A stretch of 64,000 nt of DNA from Dokdonella sp. (GTDB lineage: Bacteria; Pseudomonadota; Gammaproteobacteria; Xanthomonadales; Rhodanobacteraceae), in the NCBI RefSeq assembly GCF_023228465.1, contig NZ_JALOBC010000006.1, one strand, 5' to 3'. Every line of letters begins with the position of its first letter. Positions within the stretch are counted from its first letter, which is position 1. The position numbers and the translations under genes are program-made. The notes below the pieces were generated by a model. The model saw only the letters and a list, made by a program, of their open reading frames with translations, was not told the origin of the DNA and did not search any database. This document shows, one piece after another, positions 49,801 to 58,016 of this stretch.

Positions 49801-51189
49801 TCAGAGCAGCAGATAGTAGAGATCCTGGCCGCGCAGCAGGGTCAGCAGCAGTTGCGGCGTGCCCGCGGCGGCGAGCCGCCTGAAGTCGTCGATGCCCCGC
49901 AGGTCGCGGCGGTTGACGGCCACGATGATGTCGCCCTCGCGCAGGCCGCTGCCGTAGGCCGTGCTGTTCGGCGCGATCTGCGCCACGACCACGCCGCCGA
50001 TGCCGCGTTGGCGCAGGTCCGGTGGCAGTTCGGAGAACTCCACGCCACGCAGGCGGGGGTCGAGCGCGGCGCCCTTGACGCTGCGGATCGGCGCGGGCCT
50101 GAGCTCGGTGTCCACCACCCGCCGCTTGCCGTCGCGCAACACCACCACGGCGACCGTGGTGCCGGTGGTGGTCAGGCCCTCGATGTTGCGCAGGTCGTTT
50201 TCGCCAGTGACGGCGTGGCCGTCCAGCGAGATGATGACATCGCCCGGCTGCAGGCCGGCCGCCTCGGCCGGCGAGCCTGGACGCACGCGGGTGATGACGG
50301 CGCCACGCGTCTCGCCGAGCGCGAGCGCGCGCGCGATCTGCGGCGTCACGTCCTGCGCCTCCACGCCCAGCACGCCGCGCTGGACGTGACCGGTCTTGAC
50401 GAGCTGGCGCATCACGACCATGGCCAGGTTGGACGGGATGGCAAAGCCGATGCCGACGTTGCCCCCGGAGGGCGAATAGATCATCGAATTGATGCCGACC
50501 AGTTCGCCGCGCAGGTTCACCAGCGGGCCGCCCGAGTTGCCCGGATTGATCGAGGCGTCGGTCTGGATGAAGTTCTGGTAACCCGCGCCGCGCACGCCGG
50601 TGCGGCCGAGCGCGGAGACGATGCCGGAAGTGACGGTCTGGCCCAGGCCGAAGGGCTCGCCAACGGCGACCACGAAGTCGCCGACGCGCAGCCTGGACGA
50701 GTCGGCGACCGGCAGTGCGGTCAGGTTGTGCGCGGGAATCTGCAGCACGGCCAGGTCGGTGTCCGGATCGGTGCCCAGCACCTTGGCCTTGTACACCTTG
50801 CCGCCGTTCACCGTCACCTCGATGTCGTCGGCGCCGGCGACGACGTGGTTGTTGGTGAGCACGTAGCCCTTGGCCGCATCCACGATCACGCCCGACCCGA
50901 GCGATTGCTGGACTTCCTCGCGTGGGGTGTTGGGCAGACCGAAGAAGCGCCGGAAGATCGGGTCGTCGAAGTAGGGATTGCGCACCGCCACATGCGTGCG
51001 CGAGGCGATGTTGACGACCGCGGGCGTGACCCGCTCGACCATCGGCGCCAGCGAGGGCAGCGCCTGGGGATCCAGTGCCGGCGGCAGCGCCGCAAGGGCG
51101 TTCGCGCCGGCGAGCACGAGCAGGGCGCAGGTGACCAGCAGACGATGCGGCAAGGCCGGCAGGTTTCGGCAGGCAGGGCGGACGGACAT
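49801..51189 (-). CDS. periplasmic serine endoprotease DegP/DegQ (MucD-like), two PDZ domains
   Basis: ATG 51189. The catalytic triad context is ..LTNNHVV.., ..DLAVL.. and ..GNSGGPLVN... Two PDZ segments follow. Confidence 0.92.
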   Translation of the reverse strand: MSVRPACRNLPALPHRLLVTCALLVLAGANALAALPPALDPQALPSLAPMVERVTPAVVNIASRTHVAVRNPYFDDPIFRRFFGLPNTPREEVQQSLGSGVIVDAAKGYVLTNNHVVAGADDIEVTVNGGKVYKAKVLGTDPDTDLAVLQIPAHNLTALPVADSSRLRVGDFVVAVGEPFGLGQTVTSGIVSALGRTGVRGAGYQNFIQTDASINPGNSGGPLVNLRGELVGINSMIYSPSGGNVGIGFAIPSNLAMVVMRQLVKTGHVQRGVLGVEAQDVTPQIARALALGETRGAVITRVRPGSPAEAAGLQPGDVIISLDGHAVTGENDLRNIEGLTTTGTTVAVVVLRDGKRRVVDTELRPAPIRSVKGAALDPRLRGVEFSELPPDLRQRGIGGVVVAQIAPNSTAYGSGLREGDIIVAVNRRDLRGIDDFRRLAAAGTPQLLLTLLRGQDLYYLLL

Positions 51190-51383
51190 GATGGCTCCCG
51201 GTTGGCTGCAACGGAATGGCGCCGACGTTGCCGGCCCAGGCAAGATCGGGCCCCGTGGCTGAACGTTCAAGGTATCGGGCGCCGCGGTGCCGGCGCTCGG
51301 GCGCCGGCGCAGGCGCATTCCGCTGCGGGGTGTGCGCATGCGGCTTTACTTCCCCGTGCCGGCGGCGTAATTTCTCCGCATTG

Positions 51384-51431
51384 ACACCATATCTTGTGCT
51401 TGCGCGCAGCTGCAGCGCCCATAACTTGGGT
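51384..51431. promoter_or_regulatory. candidate tandem NrdR boxes upstream of nrdJ
   Basis: ACACCATATCTTGTGC (51384-51399) matches 12/16 of my recalled NrdR consensus acaCwAtATaTwGtgt. A weaker box, CGCCCATAACTTGGGT (51416-51431), starts 32 bp later; about 31-32 bp is the usual box spacing. TTGACA at 51381-51386 overlaps box 1. Confidence 0.5.
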
Positions 51432-51485
51432 TTTGCTGCCAACGCAACCAGGATTGCCGGCCCGGTGTCGCGAGGGCCACCCTGA

Positions 51486-54400
51486 ATGACCCACGAGGAG
51501 AACAACAGCATGAGCACGGTACGCCTGGAGCCGCTCGCGCGGGACGCGGTCGAGATTCGCCTGCAGCCCGCTTCGTACGACATCTGGGACAAGAAGTACC
51601 GCCTCAAGGCCAAGGACGGAACCGCGCTCGACGCCAGCGTCGACGCGACCTGGCAGCGCGTGGCGCGGGCCCTGTCCGAAGTCGAGGCCAGCCCGGAAAA
51701 GCGCCATTACTGGCATGAACGCTTCCTGTGGGCGTTGCGCCGCGGCGCCATTCCGGCCGGGCGCATCACTTCCAACGCGGGCGCCCAGGAACACAAGCCC
51801 AAGACCTCGACCATCAACTGCACGGTCTCGGGCACCATCGAGGATTCGATGGACGACATCCTGGAAAAGGTCCATGAGGCCGGGCTGACGCTCAAGGCGG
51901 GTTGCGGCATCGGCTACGAGTTCTCCACCCTGCGGCCGCGCGGCGCGTATGTATCCGGCGCCGGCGCCTACACGTCCGGCCCGCTCTCGTTCATGGACAT
52001 CTACGACAAGATGTGTTTCACCGTGTCCTCGGCCGGTGGCCGGCGCGGCGCGCAGATGGGCACCTTCGACGTCAGCCACCCGGACGTGCGCGAGTTCATC
52101 AAGGCCAAGCGCGAGGACGGGCGGCTGCGCCAGTTCAACCTGTCGCTGCTGATCACCGACGGTTTCATGGAAGCGGTGGAAAGCGATGCCGACTGGCCGC
52201 TGGTGTTCCCGGTGCATGTCAAGGAGCAGCACGAGATCGATCTGGACGACGCCGCCAGGGTGGTCTGGCGCGAGTGGCCCACGCACCACAACTACGTGGT
52301 GCGCGAGGACGGCCTGGTGGCATGCAAGGTGTACGGGCGGGTCAAGGCGCGCCACCTGTGGGACATGATCATGGTGTCCACCTACGACTACGCCGAGCCG
52401 GGCTTCATCCTCATCGACCGCGTCAACGAAATGAACAACAACTGGTGGTGCGAGAACATCCGCGCGACCAATCCCTGCGTCACCGGCGACACCTGGGTGC
52501 AGACCGCCGAAGGTCCGCGCCAGGTCAACGACTTGCTCGGCCACGGTTTCATGGCTCGGGTGGACGGCAAAGACCACCCCACCGGCGCCGACGGTTTCTT
52601 CCGCACCGCGACCAAGCCGGTACTGTTGCTGCAGACCGAGGAAGGCCATCGCCTGCGGCTGACCGAGGATCATCGGGTCCGCCGTGTCTCGCGGCTGACG
52701 CGCTGGAGCGTGGACACCGAATGGTGTGCCGCCGGTGCGTTGCAGCCGGGTGACCGGGTGCTGCTCAACGATCACCGCGCGAACGCGCAGTGGCCCGGCG
52801 CGCTGACCGCCGAGCAAGGCTATCTGCTGGGCATGCTGGTCGGTGATGGCACGCTGAAGAACGAGACCGCCGTGCTCTCGGTGTGGCCGCAGGCCGCCGC
52901 CATCAACGGCGCGAGCGATGGTGCGGCCACCGCGCTGATGAATGAAACCTTGCGCTGCGCCCAAACGCTGCCGCACCGTGCGGATTTCGCTGGCTGGTCC
53001 GAAGTGGCCGGTCGCGGCGAATTCCGCCTGAAGTCCGCCGCGCTGCGCGACCTGGCTTTCGAGCTGGGCATGGCAGCTGGCGACAAGGCGATCACGCCGG
53101 CCCTGGAACAGGCTTCCAGCGATGCCTGTCGCGGCTTTCTGCGTGGTTTCTTCGACGCAGACGGCTCGGTGCAGGGCACTCACACCAAGGGCGTCTCCGT
53201 GCGCCTGGTGCAATCGGATCTGCCGCGGCTCGAAGCGGTGCAGCGCATGTTGCTGCGTCTGGGCATGCCCTCGCGCATCTATCGCGATCGCCGTAGCGCC
53301 GGCGAAGCACGGCTGCCCGATGGGCACGACGGCACCCAGACCGACGCCACCGTCGCCCAGCATGAGCTGGTCATCGCCGGGGAGTCGCTGCTGCGCTTTG
53401 CCGAACTGATCGGCTTCGCCGACAGCGCCAAGGCCGCACGCCTGCAGTCGGCCCTGTCGGGTTACAAGCGTCACCTCAACCGCGAACGTTTCGTGGCCAC
53501 CGTCGCCTCGCTCACGGCCGATGGCGTCGAGGATGTCTACGACGTGCAGGTGCTGGGCATCAACACCTTCGACGGCAACGGCCTGCACGCGCACAACTGC
53601 GGCGAACAGCCCTTGCCGGAGTACGGCGCCTGCCTGCTCGGGTCGGTCAACCTGACCAAGTTCGTTCGCGATCCCTTCGGCCCGCGCGCGCGCTTCGACT
53701 GGGACGAGTACCGCGAAGTGGTGCGCGTGTTCACCCGCATGCTCGACAACGTGGTCGACATCAACGGCCTGCCGCTGCCCCGGCAGCGCGACGAAATCCT
53801 CGCCAAGCGTCGTCACGGCATGGGCTTTCTCGGCCTGGGGTCCACCCTGACCATGCTCAAGCTGCGCTATGGCGAGCGCGAGGCGGTGGCGTTCACCGAG
53901 GACGTCTCGCGCGAGATGGCGGTGGCCGGCTGGGAAGTGGCCCTGTCGCTGGCCGAGGAAAAGGGCCCGGCGCCCATCCTCACCGAGGAGTTCGAGGTCA
54001 CCGCCGAGATGCTGCGCAAGCGTCCACAGATGGCCGCCGACGGGCTCAAGGTGGGCGACCGCGTGCCCGGCCGCGTGCTGCACGCCAGGTACAGCCGCTA
54101 CATGCAGAAGGTGGCGCAGGTCGCGCCGGAGCTGGTTGCCGCGCTGGCCGAAACCGGCGCGCGCTTCACCCACCACACCTCGATCGCGCCCACCGGTACG
54201 ATCTCGCTGTCGCTGGCCAACAATGCCTCCAACGGCATCGAGCCGAGCTTCGCCCACCACTACAGCCGCAACGTCATCCGCGAGGGCAGGAAGACCAAGG
54301 AAAAGGTCGCGGTGTACAGCTATGAGCTGCTTGCCTATCGCGAGCTCATCAACGCACGGGCCATGCCCCAGTCCGGCGTCGCCGAGGAAAAGCTGCCTGC

Positions 54401-54779
54401 CTATTTCGTCGCGGCCGACGACATCACGCCGACCGAGCACGTGGATATCCAGGCCGCCGCGCAGAAGTGGATCGATTCCTCGATCTCCAAGACCGCCAAC
54501 GTACCCACCGATTACCCCTACGAGGACTTCAAGGACATCTACCGCTATGCCTGGCGCCAGGGGCTCAAGGGTTGTACGACCTTCCGCTTCAATCCCGAGG
54601 CCTTCCAGGGCGTGCTGGTGAAGGAGCAGGATCTGGCCAATACCACCTATCGTTTCGAACTGGACGACGGATCGGTGGTGGAGGTGCCCGGCAACGAGGA
54701 GGTCGAGTACGATGGCGAAACCCATTCGGCCGCTAACCTGTTCGATGCCCTGAAGGAAGGTTATTACGGCAAGTTCTAG
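51486..54779 (+). CDS. nrdJ: class II (adenosylcobalamin-dependent) ribonucleotide reductase, large N-terminal part (NrdJa), interrupted by an intein
   Basis: The sequence includes ..SNAGAQEHKPKTSTINCTVSG.., ..KAGCGIGYEFSTLRPRG.., ..NP|C..intein..HN|CGEQPLPEYGACLLGSVNL.. and ..TSIAPTGTISL... The extein length is 723 aa. An alternative start is ATG 51510, preceded by GAGGAG. Confidence 0.93.
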   Translation: MTHEENNSMSTVRLEPLARDAVEIRLQPASYDIWDKKYRLKAKDGTALDASVDATWQRVARALSEVEASPEKRHYWHERFLWALRRGAIPAGRITSNAGAQEHKPKTSTINCTVSGTIEDSMDDILEKVHEAGLTLKAGCGIGYEFSTLRPRGAYVSGAGAYTSGPLSFMDIYDKMCFTVSSAGGRRGAQMGTFDVSHPDVREFIKAKREDGRLRQFNLSLLITDGFMEAVESDADWPLVFPVHVKEQHEIDLDDAARVVWREWPTHHNYVVREDGLVACKVYGRVKARHLWDMIMVSTYDYAEPGFILIDRVNEMNNNWWCENIRATNPCVTGDTWVQTAEGPRQVNDLLGHGFMARVDGKDHPTGADGFFRTATKPVLLLQTEEGHRLRLTEDHRVRRVSRLTRWSVDTEWCAAGALQPGDRVLLNDHRANAQWPGALTAEQGYLLGMLVGDGTLKNETAVLSVWPQAAAINGASDGAATALMNETLRCAQTLPHRADFAGWSEVAGRGEFRLKSAALRDLAFELGMAAGDKAITPALEQASSDACRGFLRGFFDADGSVQGTHTKGVSVRLVQSDLPRLEAVQRMLLRLGMPSRIYRDRRSAGEARLPDGHDGTQTDATVAQHELVIAGESLLRFAELIGFADSAKAARLQSALSGYKRHLNRERFVATVASLTADGVEDVYDVQVLGINTFDGNGLHAHNCGEQPLPEYGACLLGSVNLTKFVRDPFGPRARFDWDEYREVVRVFTRMLDNVVDINGLPLPRQRDEILAKRRHGMGFLGLGSTLTMLKLRYGEREAVAFTEDVSREMAVAGWEVALSLAEEKGPAPILTEEFEVTAEMLRKRPQMAADGLKVGDRVPGRVLHARYSRYMQKVAQVAPELVAALAETGARFTHHTSIAPTGTISLSLANNASNGIEPSFAHHYSRNVIREGRKTKEKVAVYSYELLAYRELINARAMPQSGVAEEKLPAYFVAADDITPTEHVDIQAAAQKWIDSSISKTANVPTDYPYEDFKDIYRYAWRQGLKGCTTFRFNPEAFQGVLVKEQDLANTTYRFELDDGSVVEVPGNEEVEYDGETHSAANLFDALKEGYYGKF
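52476..53597 (+). mobile_element. intein (374 aa) with a LAGLIDADG homing-endonuclease domain, in the NPCGE radical-Cys motif of NrdJ
   Basis: Block A is CVTGDTWVQTAEG and block B is LRLTEDHRV. The two LAGLIDADG motifs are LLGMLVGDGTL and FLRGFFDADGSV. Blocks F/G are VEDVYDVQVLGINTFDGNGLHAHN, followed by the +1 Cys of CGEQPL. The element is in frame at 1122 nt. Confidence 0.9.
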
Positions 54780-54903
54780 GACGGCTCCGCAGCGTCTGGC
54801 GGGGCTTCCGGAACGCCCGGCGACACCGCATCGCGGTGCTGGCAGGGCGGCGCGTCAGTGCAAGTCGGCAAGCAACCCAACAAGCGCAGAGGGGAATCGA
54901 GCA

Positions 54904-55653
54904 ATGCAAGGCGAAAGCGGCGGTACCGATGATATGGATGGCGCATTGGAAGATCTGAAGGATGGCGCCGTGACAATGGGCGGGGCAGTGGCCGAGGCCG
55001 CCGGTGCGCTGGCTGCATCGGTCGCGATTGCGGCCAGCGACGTGGGCCAGGCCGTGCAGGCCACGGCCAAGAAGGTCGCCGGATCCGCCCGCAAGGCGCA
55101 CAAGCAGGCGGCGCGCAGGGTGCAGACGGTGGTCGCCCGCGCGCGGGAGCAACTGGTCGACGACGGCGCCAGGATGGCCGGCGCGATGCGGGAAGCCACC
55201 GGCCGTATGGCCGCCGGCGCGGCGCGGGTGCAGGCCAGGGTGAAGAAGGCCGCCAGCGGTGTGCAGGCGAAGCCCGCGGCCAGGAAGGCCGCATCGGTGA
55301 AGAAGGCCGCACCAGCCAGGAAGGCGGCACCAGCAAAGAAGGTTGTACCGGCCAAGAAGGCAGTACCGGCCAAGAAGGCAGTACCGGCCAAGAAGGTTGT
55401 ACCGGCAAAGAAGGTGGCACCAGCCAAGAAGGCCGCACCAGCCAGGAAGGCCGCACCAGCCAGGAAGGCCGCACCAGCCAGGAAGGCCGTACCGGCCAGG
55501 AAGGCGGTACCGGCCAGGAAGGCGGTACCGGCCAAGAAGGCAGTGCCGGCCAAGAAGGCCGTACCGGCCAAGAAGGCCGTACCGGCCAAGAAGGCCGTAC
55601 CGGCCAGGCCGGCCCCAGCGAAGAAGGCGAGCACCGCCAAAGTGCGCCGCTGA
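54904..55653 (+). CDS. histone-H1-like / AlgP-like lysine-alanine-proline repeat protein
   Basis: About 130 aa of Ala-rich helical N-terminus are followed by 17 consecutive hexapeptides [KR]K[AV][AV]PA. The RBS GAGGGGAA lies upstream of the ATG. The gene sits between nrdJa and nrdJb. Confidence 0.8.
   Translation: MQGESGGTDDMDGALEDLKDGAVTMGGAVAEAAGALAASVAIAASDVGQAVQATAKKVAGSARKAHKQAARRVQTVVARAREQLVDDGARMAGAMREATGRMAAGAARVQARVKKAASGVQAKPAARKAASVKKAAPARKAAPAKKVVPAKKAVPAKKAVPAKKVVPAKKVAPAKKAAPARKAAPARKAAPARKAVPARKAVPARKAVPAKKAVPAKKAVPAKKAVPAKKAVPARPAPAKKASTAKVRR
55300..55605 (+). repeat. 17 x 18-bp in-frame tandem repeat array (aagaaggcNgtaccggcc family)
   Basis: Counted directly: 306 nt equals 17 units, each encoding [KR]K[AV][AV]PA. 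Several adjacent units are identical at the DNA level. Confidence 0.9.
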
Positions 55654-55661
55654 AACAGGCG

Positions 55662-55690
55662 TTCCCGGCCGGTCCGACGCCGGCCGGGAA
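55662..55690 (+). other. perfect 11-bp hairpin between the H1-like gene and nrdJb
   Basis: ttcccggccgg - tccgacg - ccggccgggaa. There is no downstream T-run, so its function as a terminator is doubtful. Confidence 0.5.
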
Positions 55691-55724
55691 TGCGACTGAT
55701 GGAACTCATCGAACAGGCAGGACC

Positions 55725-56474
55725 ATGAAGATCGAACGCAAGATCGTTGGCTACAGCGTCGTCAAGCCGGGCGAAGCCGCGCCGGCATCCGCGCCCACGG
55801 CCCAGCCGGCCCCGACGGCAGCGCCGGTCGCCGAAGTCATCCAGATGCACGAAAGCGTCGAGCGCCCACCGGTGCTGGATGGCGCCACCTACAAGATCAA
55901 GTCGCCGCTGGTGGAGCATGCGCTGTACGTCACCATCAACGACATCGTGCTCAACGCCGGCACGCCCCACGAGCTGCGTCGCCCGTTCGAGGTGTTCATC
56001 AACTCCAAGAACATGGACCACTTCCAGTGGATCGTGGCGCTGACCCGCATCATGTCGGCGGTGTTCCGCAAGGGTGGCGACGTGACCTTCCTGGTCGAGG
56101 AACTCAAGGCCGTGTTCGACCCGCGCGGCGGCTATTTCCAGGCCGGCGGCGTGTACATGCCCTCGATCGTGGCCGAGATCGGCAGCGTCATGGAAACCCA
56201 CCTCAAGACCATCGGCCTGCTGCAGGATCCGGAAATGAGCGCCGGCCAGCGTCAGCTCATTGCCGAGAAGCGCGCTGCCTACGAAGCCCGCGGCAAGGGC
56301 ACGCCCACGCCGGACGCGGCGACCGCGCACACGGCGGCGGACGCGGAAGCCGCGCAGGTGGAAGGCACGTTTCCCGCCGGTGCCACGCAGTGCGACAAGT
56401 GCAACACGCATGCGGTCGTCATCATGGACAACTGTGCCACTTGCCTGAATTGCGGCTATTCCAAATGTGGATGA
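55725..56474 (+). CDS. nrdJ: class II ribonucleotide reductase C-terminal part (NrdJb)
   Basis: ..GATYKIKSPLVEHALYVTINDIV..PFEVFINSKNMDHFQWIVALTRIMSAVFRKGGD.. The C-terminal Cys-rich tail is CDKCNTHAVVIMDNCATCLNCGYSKCG. This resembles the split nrdJa/nrdJb arrangement known from Pseudomonas aeruginosa. Confidence 0.88.
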   Translation: MKIERKIVGYSVVKPGEAAPASAPTAQPAPTAAPVAEVIQMHESVERPPVLDGATYKIKSPLVEHALYVTINDIVLNAGTPHELRRPFEVFINSKNMDHFQWIVALTRIMSAVFRKGGDVTFLVEELKAVFDPRGGYFQAGGVYMPSIVAEIGSVMETHLKTIGLLQDPEMSAGQRQLIAEKRAAYEARGKGTPTPDAATAHTAADAEAAQVEGTFPAGATQCDKCNTHAVVIMDNCATCLNCGYSKCG

Positions 56475-56594
56475 AGTACCTGCCCGCGCCCGCGCCCTGA
56501 GCACCGCCATGCCGGGCCAGCCGTTGCGGAACCGGCGCTGAACCAACATCGCGCGCGATTTGCCAAGGTTGGCGCGCTCTGTTCAGATGGCAGC

Positions 56595-58016
56595 ATGATC
56601 GCCTGGTTTTCGCGTCTTTTCGCCATCCTGCTGCTTGCCGCAGCACTGCCCGGGTTTGTCGACTCGACGGCGCCGGCGTCGCACGGGCCGTCGCGGGTGG
56701 TGCTGTTGCAGGTGGATGGCGCGATCAGCCCGGCGAGCGCGGACTACGTCGTGCGCGGCATTGCCGAAGCCGAGGAGATGCAGGCCGCACTGATCGTGCT
56801 GCAACTCGATACGCCCGGCGGACTGGATCGGGCCATGCGCGACATCATCAAGGCCATCCTCGCCTCGCCGGTGCCGGTGGTGGGTTACGTGGCACCCGCC
56901 GGTTCGCGCGCGGCCAGCGCCGGCACCTACATCCTCTACGCCTGCCACGTCGCGGCCATGGCGCCGGCGACCAACCTCGGCGCGGCCACCCCGATCTCGA
57001 TCATCGGGGGCGACCGCTTGCCACTGCCGCAGACGCCCAGACCGGGCCAGGCGGATGACAAGGCGGATGGCGCGCAGGACGGCGACAAGTCGCCGTTGCC
57101 GGAAGCGGAGCAGGGTGCCGAATCGCGCAAGGTGGTGAACGACGCGGTCGCCTACATCCGCGCCCTGGCCGAGCAGCGTGGGCGCAATGCCGACTGGGCC
57201 GAGCAGGCGGTGCGCGAAGCGGTCAGCATCACCGCCGACCAGGCCCTGAAGCTGCGCGTGATCGACCTCGTCGCGCCGGATCTGCCCGGCCTGCTGGCCG
57301 CGCTCGACGGCCGCAAGGTGCAGACCCTGGCTGGTGACATCACCCTGCACACGCGCGGGGCGGTGGTGGATACGCTGCAGCCGGACTGGCGCAGCCGCTT
57401 CCTGGCCGTCATCGCCGATCCGTCCGTGGCCTACCTGCTGCTGCTGCTCGGGCTGGGCGGCCTGCTGTTCGAGGGCTACAGCCCCGGGGCGGTATTGCCC
57501 GGCGTCGTCGGCGCCATCTGCCTGCTGCTCGCGCTGTATGCCTTCCAGATGCTGCCGGTCAACTACGCCGGCCTGGCGCTGATTGCGCTGGGCGTGGCCC
57601 TGATCATCGCCGAGACCTTCGTGCCGACGTATGGCACGCTCGGCATCGGCGGTGTGGTCGCCTTCGTCACCGGATCAGTGATCCTCATGGATACCGACGT
57701 GCCGGGTTTCGGCATTCCCCTGCCGCTGCTGGTGGGCATCAGCATTGCGGCCGCCCTGGCGCTGGCCGGCATCGTGTGGCTGGCCTTGCGCTCGCAGCGC
57801 CAGCCACAGGTCAGTGGGCGCGAGCAGATGGTCGGCAGCGTGGGCGTGGCCGTGGGCACGTTCGACCGACGCGGCATGGTGCACATTCATGGCGAGCGCT
57901 GGCAGGCCATGACCGACCGGCCGGTGCAGGACGGCCAGGCGCTGCGCGTCACCGGCATCGACGGCCTGATCCTGCGCGTGGAGCCCTTGCCGGCCGACTA
58001 TCAAGGAGAACCCTGA
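56595..58016 (+). CDS. NfeD-family membrane-bound ClpP-class serine protease
   Basis: Signal/TM segment, a ClpP-like domain (..LDTPGGL..AASAGTYI..), several TM helices and a C-terminal OB/NfeD domain (..GERWQAMTDRPVQDGQALRVTGIDGLILRV..). Confidence 0.88.
   Translation: MIAWFSRLFAILLLAAALPGFVDSTAPASHGPSRVVLLQVDGAISPASADYVVRGIAEAEEMQAALIVLQLDTPGGLDRAMRDIIKAILASPVPVVGYVAPAGSRAASAGTYILYACHVAAMAPATNLGAATPISIIGGDRLPLPQTPRPGQADDKADGAQDGDKSPLPEAEQGAESRKVVNDAVAYIRALAEQRGRNADWAEQAVREAVSITADQALKLRVIDLVAPDLPGLLAALDGRKVQTLAGDITLHTRGAVVDTLQPDWRSRFLAVIADPSVAYLLLLLGLGGLLFEGYSPGAVLPGVVGAICLLLALYAFQMLPVNYAGLALIALGVALIIAETFVPTYGTLGIGGVVAFVTGSVILMDTDVPGFGIPLPLLVGISIAAALALAGIVWLALRSQRQPQVSGREQMVGSVGVAVGTFDRRGMVHIHGERWQAMTDRPVQDGQALRVTGIDGLILRVEPLPADYQGEP

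Noticed and set aside
51190-51485. Possible cobalamin riboswitch in the nrdJ leader.
   Set aside because: I could not find a B12-box or a GCCACTG-type core by eye. Class II RNR uses B12 as a cofactor and is not normally repressed by it. A covariance-model scan is needed to be certain.
54776-55474. ORFs encoding 'PSWLVR/PSWPV' and 'RPRRQY/RPGRP' repeats on the opposite strand and in an alternative frame of the H1-like gene.
   Set aside because: They are mirror or frameshifted readings of the 18-bp tandem array. The AKKAVP frame has an RBS, an ATG and a non-repeat N-terminal domain.
55300-55605. Regular short repeats that could be mistaken for a CRISPR array.
   Set aside because: The units are contiguous 18-bp repeats with no spacers. 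They are in frame within a CDS, and no cas genes are present.
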